NCBI GenBank assembly: GCA_035326705.1
Contig: DAOLES010000004.1
Span: forward strand, 192,232 to 256,231
DNA length: 64,000 bases
Direction of reading: 5' to 3'
Origin: Oligoflexia bacterium
GTDB taxonomy: Bacteria > Bdellovibrionota_G > JALEGL01
In this document: positions 58,810 to 64,000 of the stretch, one piece after another
How the letters are laid out: each line of letters starts with the position of its first letter
How positions within the stretch are numbered: position 1 is the stretch's first letter
Made by a program: the position numbers and the translations under genes
The notes under the pieces: model-generated
The model's database searches: none
What the model was told of the DNA's origin: nothing
Seen by the model: only the letters and a program-made list of their open reading frames with translations

Positions 58810-60102
58810 TTAAGTGTCTCCATCTCGTTTATTTTTTTGTACAAAATAATGAACCAGCTCAATTGCGTCAATAGAAAAGCCAGCGTTTGGTAGGCTATTG
58901 GTTAAACAATACTGTCTAACATTTTCATCTGTCACAATTTCCAAGTCGGATACCATGATTCCGTCAATAGAATCAAGTTTATAGATAGCTAGATCAAAGC
59001 CGGCAGAGCCACTGCCATTAGAGCCCATAATTATCTGGCCCAATGGATAAGATTTGTCTTCTTTTATTCCATAGACATTGGCCATCTTTTTTGGGCCTTT
59101 CATGCTTGGAACTGGAATATGTAAAATAAAGTCAATGCCAGGCTTATCCAATAAAACGTGATCTCTAGCAAAAACGACATTGAGTTGCCCAGAAAAGCCT
59201 ATACACTGTATTCTTTCTGGCGCTTTTGTATGCTCTTGCGGGATATAATCTGGCGGGCCCTCTAATCTTGCTTTTATGTTGGATAAATAATGTTCTTCTA
59301 AGCACAGTCCAGGTTCTAATTTTAAAGTATAGTTGTTTTTTTCAGCTGTTTCATAAGCAGGGGTTTCGTTTTCGTCTTCATCTTGCGGAGTATCCATTTC
59401 ACGCGGGTTGTTTTGTTCTAATGATGATGAGGATGTTTTAATTGAGTAGGGAAGACTAGTTCTAACGGGCAAGGCCTTTTTTGAGCTATTAAAGGCAATT
59501 GTGTTTGATGAAGCATTCTTGTTTGGTTTGGGTGAGGGGTTAAAAGTTTTATTCTTGCTTTGCCTGTTTTTTTGAGATTGTTGTGCAGTGCTTGTGTCCC
59601 AAGGGTCAATGTAAGCATAGCTGTTTGGAGCTTCTTGGCTAGATTTAGGTTCTGATGCAAAGGTTTGTTTGTCGGTTAAATGATTTGCCGTGGCAGAATC
59701 CATAGGGTTTAATAGAGCATTTTCAACCATTTTTGGTTGGATAGCTGCGTTCATTGTCCTAGAGTCAGTTTCGTTGAGGCTGGGTTGAAATAAATGATTG
59801 GATGAAGCAAAAGACGTGGTTGCAGAACCACGGACGCTATGGCTTGTATGCTTGGGCGTGTTTAAGTTTGTTTTGTAAATATCTGCTTGGGAAGGGTGTA
59901 GGGTTAAATTTGTCTTTTGGATCTTAAAAGCTTCAGAATAACCCGCACTACTTAAGTTGGCTTGCGTAATAGGCTGATCTTTGTTTAAAGGTTTTTTAGA
60001 ATTAGCTTTGTTTGGTTTTGCAAAAAGCAAAAAAAAGGCAGAAAAAAGGCCTGCAACAATAAACGTGGCTATAAACTCTTGTTTGTTATTGTTACGTTTC
60101 AC
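58810..60102 (-). CDS. Membrane-anchored protein with a long S/T/N/Q-rich low-complexity region and a C-terminal globular domain
   Basis: N-terminal TM 'FIATFIVAGLFSAFFLLFA'; ~200 aa low complexity; conserved-looking C-terminal ~190 aa. Confidence 0.4.
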   Translation of the reverse strand: MKRNNNKQEFIATFIVAGLFSAFFLLFAKPNKANSKKPLNKDQPITQANLSSAGYSEAFKIQKTNLTLHPSQADIYKTNLNTPKHTSHSVRGSATTSFASSNHLFQPSLNETDSRTMNAAIQPKMVENALLNPMDSATANHLTDKQTFASEPKSSQEAPNSYAYIDPWDTSTAQQSQKNRQSKNKTFNPSPKPNKNASSNTIAFNSSKKALPVRTSLPYSIKTSSSSLEQNNPREMDTPQDEDENETPAYETAEKNNYTLKLEPGLCLEEHYLSNIKARLEGPPDYIPQEHTKAPERIQCIGFSGQLNVVFARDHVLLDKPGIDFILHIPVPSMKGPKKMANVYGIKEDKSYPLGQIIMGSNGSGSAGFDLAIYKLDSIDGIMVSDLEIVTDENVRQYCLTNSLPNAGFSIDAIELVHYFVQKNKRDGDT

Positions 60103-60121
60103 TGGAATAATACAATAGGCA

Positions 60122-60643
60122 TCAGTTTTTTACCGAGCTTAGTGATTTTTTTAGGAATAGATGTTTTTTAGCCAAAGCATGACCCATCACTAAAACAGGA
60201 GTCCAAAGAAGGTTGCTAATCAGTGTCATTCTGAAAAAAGGCAACGCAGATTTATAGCATGCAATTAAGCCGGGTAAATTTTTACTGTACATCCCGCTGG
60301 TTGCCCAAACCGCAAAATTACTGATGAAAAAAAAGCTTAATGCACCCAAAAGGGCACTTAAAACTATACCAAATTTTACATTTTTAAAAGTTGCACCAAT
60401 AGCAGCTTGCACGATGAATGCAAGGTATATGAATAGCGATATACTGCTTAAAAAAGCATAGCCATAAATTTGGGCCAGTAAAAAATCACTGACAACCATG
60501 GCCACAACGATGGATAAAAAAGCTTGTTTTTTAGGCTGGGTTCTACCATTTAAAATGGCTAAAGCACCCACAGGGGTAAAGTTAGGGGCATGCGGCAATA
60601 TACGAAACAAAGAAACCATAAGTGTTGTAAAAATCATTTGCAT
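60122..60643 (-). CDS. Small polytopic membrane protein (putative transporter S-component-like)
   Basis: 5 TM helices; N-terminal 'LFRILPHAPNFTPVGALAILNG'. Confidence 0.4.
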   Translation of the reverse strand: MQMIFTTLMVSLFRILPHAPNFTPVGALAILNGRTQPKKQAFLSIVVAMVVSDFLLAQIYGYAFLSSISLFIYLAFIVQAAIGATFKNVKFGIVLSALLGALSFFFISNFAVWATSGMYSKNLPGLIACYKSALPFFRMTLISNLLWTPVLVMGHALAKKHLFLKKSLSSVKN

Positions 60644-60758
60644 AGTCCACCGTTTAACAACTTAATCTTTTTCAGTCAATCAATGGTAGGAGATTTTTTA
60701 TATAAGAAATGAGGTCGTTATTAAGCACATAAAACGACCTTCTGTTTGACGGATATAT

Positions 60759-61697
60759 TTAAAAACATTCAATATTTGCAGGTATCCAAGGGTTGATATC
60801 GCCATCAACATTGTATTTACATTGAGCTTTTTCAAACATCTCTTGAATGTGACGAATAAAAGAAATACTACCTACCTCACAATGTCCGTTTGCAAAATCG
60901 CAGAGTTCTTGCAAAGAATCTTTTTGATTGAAATGTTGCCCGTAAGTATTTATAAAATCGCCATCCAATTGCTCTAAGTTAATATTAATGTCTTTTACAT
61001 CAAAGCCAAAAAGCCTAATGGTATGCACTCTAATTTTATTGTACTCAGGATCATATTCACCGTCATAATACCTGATGGGTCTGCTCAACTCTGCTTCAGT
61101 CAGTAAAGTTTCTGCAGAATCTATATCTGTAATATTGAGAGTATTTCCATTGTCTAACCTAATATGAGCGGGCAAAATATCATGAAATACACGGTAAGCC
61201 GCTTGTTCTTGATTGGTGACGGCGCCTCTTTTTGCCACGCTTGGATAACTTATGCCAAGCATTCTTTCAACAGAGGGTTTAAGCGCTTGATGAAAGTCAG
61301 CAACCACTTTTTTTCTGGCTTGATCTGGTTCAAGCGCTTCTTCTTGAAGATAGGTTTTGAAACGCTCAATGATGAGTTGAGTGATAGTGTATACAGGAGC
61401 ATTTTCAGAATTTTTTTTATTGCCTCCGGTTTGCCAGTAAGCAGCTTCATACCAGTTGTTGCCAATTAAGTTCCCATCTTTGTCATTAGCAAAAATAGTA
61501 CTTAAATCTAACCTACCATTTTCTTTGCTGACTCCTTGCTTTCTGTCCCAGCTAAACAAATCGTGTGAAGCTAAGCCCAAAATTCCAATATCTTTAACCA
61601 AGACTTGTATTTTGTGACCGTTTTCTTGGGCTTTAAGCAATGAAGAAAAAAAACATAAAGATAAAATAAAACAATAACGTGCCAATCTATAAACCAT
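60759..61697 (-). CDS. Secreted hypothetical protein
   Basis: Signal peptide; C-terminal Cys pairs; no domain. Divergent from 61976..62437, with Fur-box-like dyads between them. Confidence 0.4.
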   Translation of the reverse strand: MVYRLARYCFILSLCFFSSLLKAQENGHKIQVLVKDIGILGLASHDLFSWDRKQGVSKENGRLDLSTIFANDKDGNLIGNNWYEAAYWQTGGNKKNSENAPVYTITQLIIERFKTYLQEEALEPDQARKKVVADFHQALKPSVERMLGISYPSVAKRGAVTNQEQAAYRVFHDILPAHIRLDNGNTLNITDIDSAETLLTEAELSRPIRYYDGEYDPEYNKIRVHTIRLFGFDVKDININLEQLDGDFINTYGQHFNQKDSLQELCDFANGHCEVGSISFIRHIQEMFEKAQCKYNVDGDINPWIPANIECF

Positions 61698-61821
61698 TTC
61701 ATACTCCTAAAAAGTTTATTCATTAAGCACGCTACGGCTGTTTCTTTTATTAACCTTGAAAGGATGTGAAACCAAAATACTAGCCATAAAATGTTAGCCA
61801 GCAGCGTGCAATATATTATTA

Positions 61822-61885
61822 TTGATATTGATTATCATTTATAAGTCAAGAAAATAATCAATAATGATAATAGATATCATTATTG
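61822..61885. promoter_or_regulatory. Two Fur-box-like AT-rich dyads (TTGATATTGATTATCATT at 61822-61839, and the 11-bp inverted repeat CAATAATGATA-N5-TATCATTATTG at 61859-61885)
   Basis: Close match to the GATAATGATAATCATTATC consensus and its reverse complement. The perfect 11-5-11 dyad was checked by hand. Confidence 0.5.
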
Positions 61886-61975
61886 AAAAATGCTTGACTT
61901 GTGATGTTAATTAATATTGATAGTCGTTATTAATTAGGTATTAAATAACTTTATTACTAAAAAATAGGGGAAAAA

Positions 61976-62437
61976 ATGAAAAGAATAGTTTTAGTTTTAA
62001 TGGTCATGGTGTTGGCATCTAATGTTTATGCACAAAGAAGATCAACCCGTTGGTCCAATATATCAAAATCTAAGGTTAATTTAACAGGACTTAAAGCGCC
62101 GTCTATTTTTGCTTTTGCGGCATCTGATCCACAGAATAAGCGTGGGCAAAGTCAGTCCAATGCTTCTTTTAATATTGAAATCAATAATGCTGAGGCAAGT
62201 GGCTTTCAGTTGGTTGCTTTGAATGTATGTAACCAAGGTAGTGAAGAAAAATGTCAAAGTTTAAGTGGAAGTTATGAACAAAGGTATACCAATAACAATA
62301 TGTTACTTGTAACAGTTGACTATGAAGTAGAGGTTTGCCAGCTTCAAGAAGACGGTACACAAAGGTATTTTCAATTTATCTTCTCAGATGATCAAAACAC
62401 AAATTATCAGCCATTGATCTATACGATCTGTGATTGA
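61976..62437 (+). CDS. Small secreted hypothetical protein
   Basis: Signal peptide 'MKRIVLVLMVMVLASNVYAQ'; 4 Cys. Confidence 0.4.
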   Translation: MKRIVLVLMVMVLASNVYAQRRSTRWSNISKSKVNLTGLKAPSIFAFAASDPQNKRGQSQSNASFNIEINNAEASGFQLVALNVCNQGSEEKCQSLSGSYEQRYTNNNMLLVTVDYEVEVCQLQEDGTQRYFQFIFSDDQNTNYQPLIYTICD

Positions 62438-62472
62438 TAGAAGTTATATGTTTATTCAATAAAGCTTTAAAC

Positions 62473-62510
62473 AGCAGAGACTCTCTATCCTATGGCCTAT
62501 AGAGTCTCTG
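62473..62510 (+). terminator. Imperfect 12-13 bp hairpin after 61976..62437
   Basis: CAGAGACTCTCTATCC-tatgg-CCTATAGAGTCTCTG. Confidence 0.4.
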
Positions 62511-62741
62511 TTAGTAATGTGTAGGTTGAATTGCTTGGGTCAATTATTGTTTTAGATCTTATCAGGCTTAGTGAGCTGCAGATTAACTTTCATAGAACGT
62601 TAACTGAAGGCTCATTAGAGTTTGGATAGTATTGGGCAAGTTTTAGCTTATCCAACAAAGTATTTAATGTTTGTTGGCTTAAGAGCATTTCATTCATGCC
62701 TATGCGTAGGATGTATAGTGGTTTAATTTTATTCAGTAACA

Positions 62742-62835
62742 AGCTAAGCAGAAAAATGGATTTCTACGAGCTCAAACAGTGGGCAGCAAAGCTGCCCAAA
62801 CGCGCTGTACGAAATTCCATTTTTCTGCTTTGTTA
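62742..62835 (+). other. Strongly structured ~90-nt element (15-bp perfect outer stem AAGCAGAAAAATGGA/TCCATTTTTCTGCTT, inner GGGCAGC-aaa-GCTGCCC hairpin) in a 600-bp gene-free region; candidate sRNA/riboregulator/MITE
   Basis: Inverted repeat verified by hand; followed by TTTGTT. Confidence 0.4.
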
Positions 62836-63055
62836 CCACTTGTAGTTAAATGACTATATCCACCACAATCGCTGGCACTAAGGGATAAAGGTTTTTTATC
62901 TATTATTTTAATAATGATCACTATCTTTTATTTTTGCAAATTAAACTTTACTAGATCCGTTTCATCATTTTTTTGGCTAAAACTTTCATATTTTTTAAGA
63001 TGCTGTAGACTCTTAAAAAGTCGTCATTAGAATTTTTTACAAGGAGTGTTGACAA

Positions 63056-64000
63056 TGAATCTGAAAGCCCTAGGACATGTTGCGCTGTATGCAGCAATCT
63101 TTATTTTAAGTGCCTGTTCTGAAAATCTATTACCCAATGTAGGCTCCAATAACTTGGCTGTTGTGCCAAATGTGGAGGCCTATTGTTTTGAGTCTAATCC
63201 GGCCAATAATTGTCTTGCTAGTTTTAACAACAATCAAGCGCATATACTTTTGTTTACCAAAACTTCAGGTCAACAATCTGCGTTTTCAAGTTGTTCAGCA
63301 GTTCAAGCAGCTCTAGAGGCGCAAACGTTTAATTTATCTTCCACAGCGGCAGTGGGGTTTGCGGATATTGAATGTGAAGATGATGGCATGACCACGGACT
63401 GCTATTTAGATAATAGAGTTAGCTGGGAAGAGGCAGAGTTTGCCAATCTATTGCAATTGCCCAAAGATGATTATCTTGTACTTACAGTTTTTAAAAACAA
63501 TCAAGATGATGATGACGATGAGCTTACACAGCCAGAGCCTGGGGACTATATTCAATGCTCTGAACTTACTTTAGAAGATGACACAGCAGATGATGATTTT
63601 GAGTTAAATCCAACAACCGATACTTTAAGTGTCAACTGGCCATTCATTCAAATTCCTGGCATTAGCTTTGTATGTAATGAAACAGCCAATGCAGATTGCA
63701 CTTTTGCACAAGATGGTGAAGATGTAGCCTATGCCTTTTACAAAAATACCAGTTGCTCTGCCTTACAAACCGGAATTGAAGATGCCTTAATAACAGCGGA
63801 TAAGCATATAGTAGGGGATACTACAGCAGTATGTTTAGACTCTGGTCCAGACACTTGCGCTTCTGGCACACCAAACGCTTGGAATTATGCTGGTGGTGGA
63901 GGTTCTTCAACCACGGATATTTTGGCAGGTACGTATGCAGTGGTGGCGCATATGGGTGACACGTCTAGCTTTCCTGTTCAAGGTGATGTTATCAGCTGTA
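63056..64000 (+). CDS. Lipoprotein with an acidic D-rich segment, partial (runs off the window end)
   Basis: 'MNLKALGHVALYAAIFILSACSEN' lipobox after an AAGGAG RBS; the open frame runs to the window end. Confidence 0.45.

Noticed and set aside
1-64000. tRNA, rRNA, tmRNA, prophage/integrase, restriction-modification or toxin-antitoxin cassettes
   Set aside because: I scanned the intergenic regions and the small ORF pairs. I found no cloverleaf-like sequence, no integrase or recombinase other than the RAYT, and no recognisable TA or R-M gene pair.

Overview
This is a 64 kb chromosomal window from a low-GC (roughly 37-38%) Gram-negative bacterium. It is densely coding, with about 65 CDS on both strands, most of them housekeeping. 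I found no rRNA, tRNA or CRISPR array.

Recognisable genes:
- An ExbB/TolQ plus two ExbD/TolR motor triad, resembling the AglRQS gliding motor.
- nagZ, a PBP4-type D-Ala-D-Ala carboxypeptidase, and a type IV pilin-like protein.
- Two FHA-domain proteins, one fused to DUF4388.
- pyrF, then the rpsO-pnp operon with structured leaders.
- A Zn-ribbon SAM methyltransferase, RNase R, and a DegT-family sugar aminotransferase.
- A LemA/TPM/TPM operon, Tex, an ArsS-like radical SAM protein, pyrD, and a PilZ protein.
- A CarD/CdnL regulator with ispD-ispF, then rarA.
- A large secreted protein with a type IX secretion (T9SS type-B, CHU_C) C-terminal sorting domain, and a YciA-like thioesterase.
- A 14-repeat beta-propeller lipoprotein and two small outer-membrane beta-barrel proteins.
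- holA, metG, a large ArnT/PMT-like membrane glycosyltransferase, pfk, and cutA.
- A MATE pump, an alkyltransferase-like protein, an HtrA-like protease, MarC, YceI, HxlR plus a nitroreductase, and many secreted or lipoprotein hypotheticals.

Mobile and repeat content is modest but notable:
- A single IS200/IS605-type REP-associated tyrosine transposase (RAYT) is bracketed by inverted REP-like hairpins, with a third hairpin copy elsewhere in the window.
- A second small intergenic repeat family sits behind two gene 3' ends and includes a 54-bp direct duplication of the thioesterase 3' end.

Most interesting regulatory signals:
- Two adjacent perfect palindromes (30 bp and 20 bp) in the divergent promoter region upstream of the ArsS-like radical SAM gene.
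- Fur-box-like dyads between two divergent secreted-protein genes.
- A long bulged hairpin in the pyrF leader.
- A strongly structured element in a 600-bp gene-free region near the 3' end of the window.

I can point to several candidate modules of uncharacterised proteins (a Fur-box-flanked cluster at 57.5-62.4 kb, the FHA/DUF4388 pair, the palindrome-guarded rSAM pair). I cannot prove from sequence alone that any of them forms a coherent new system.
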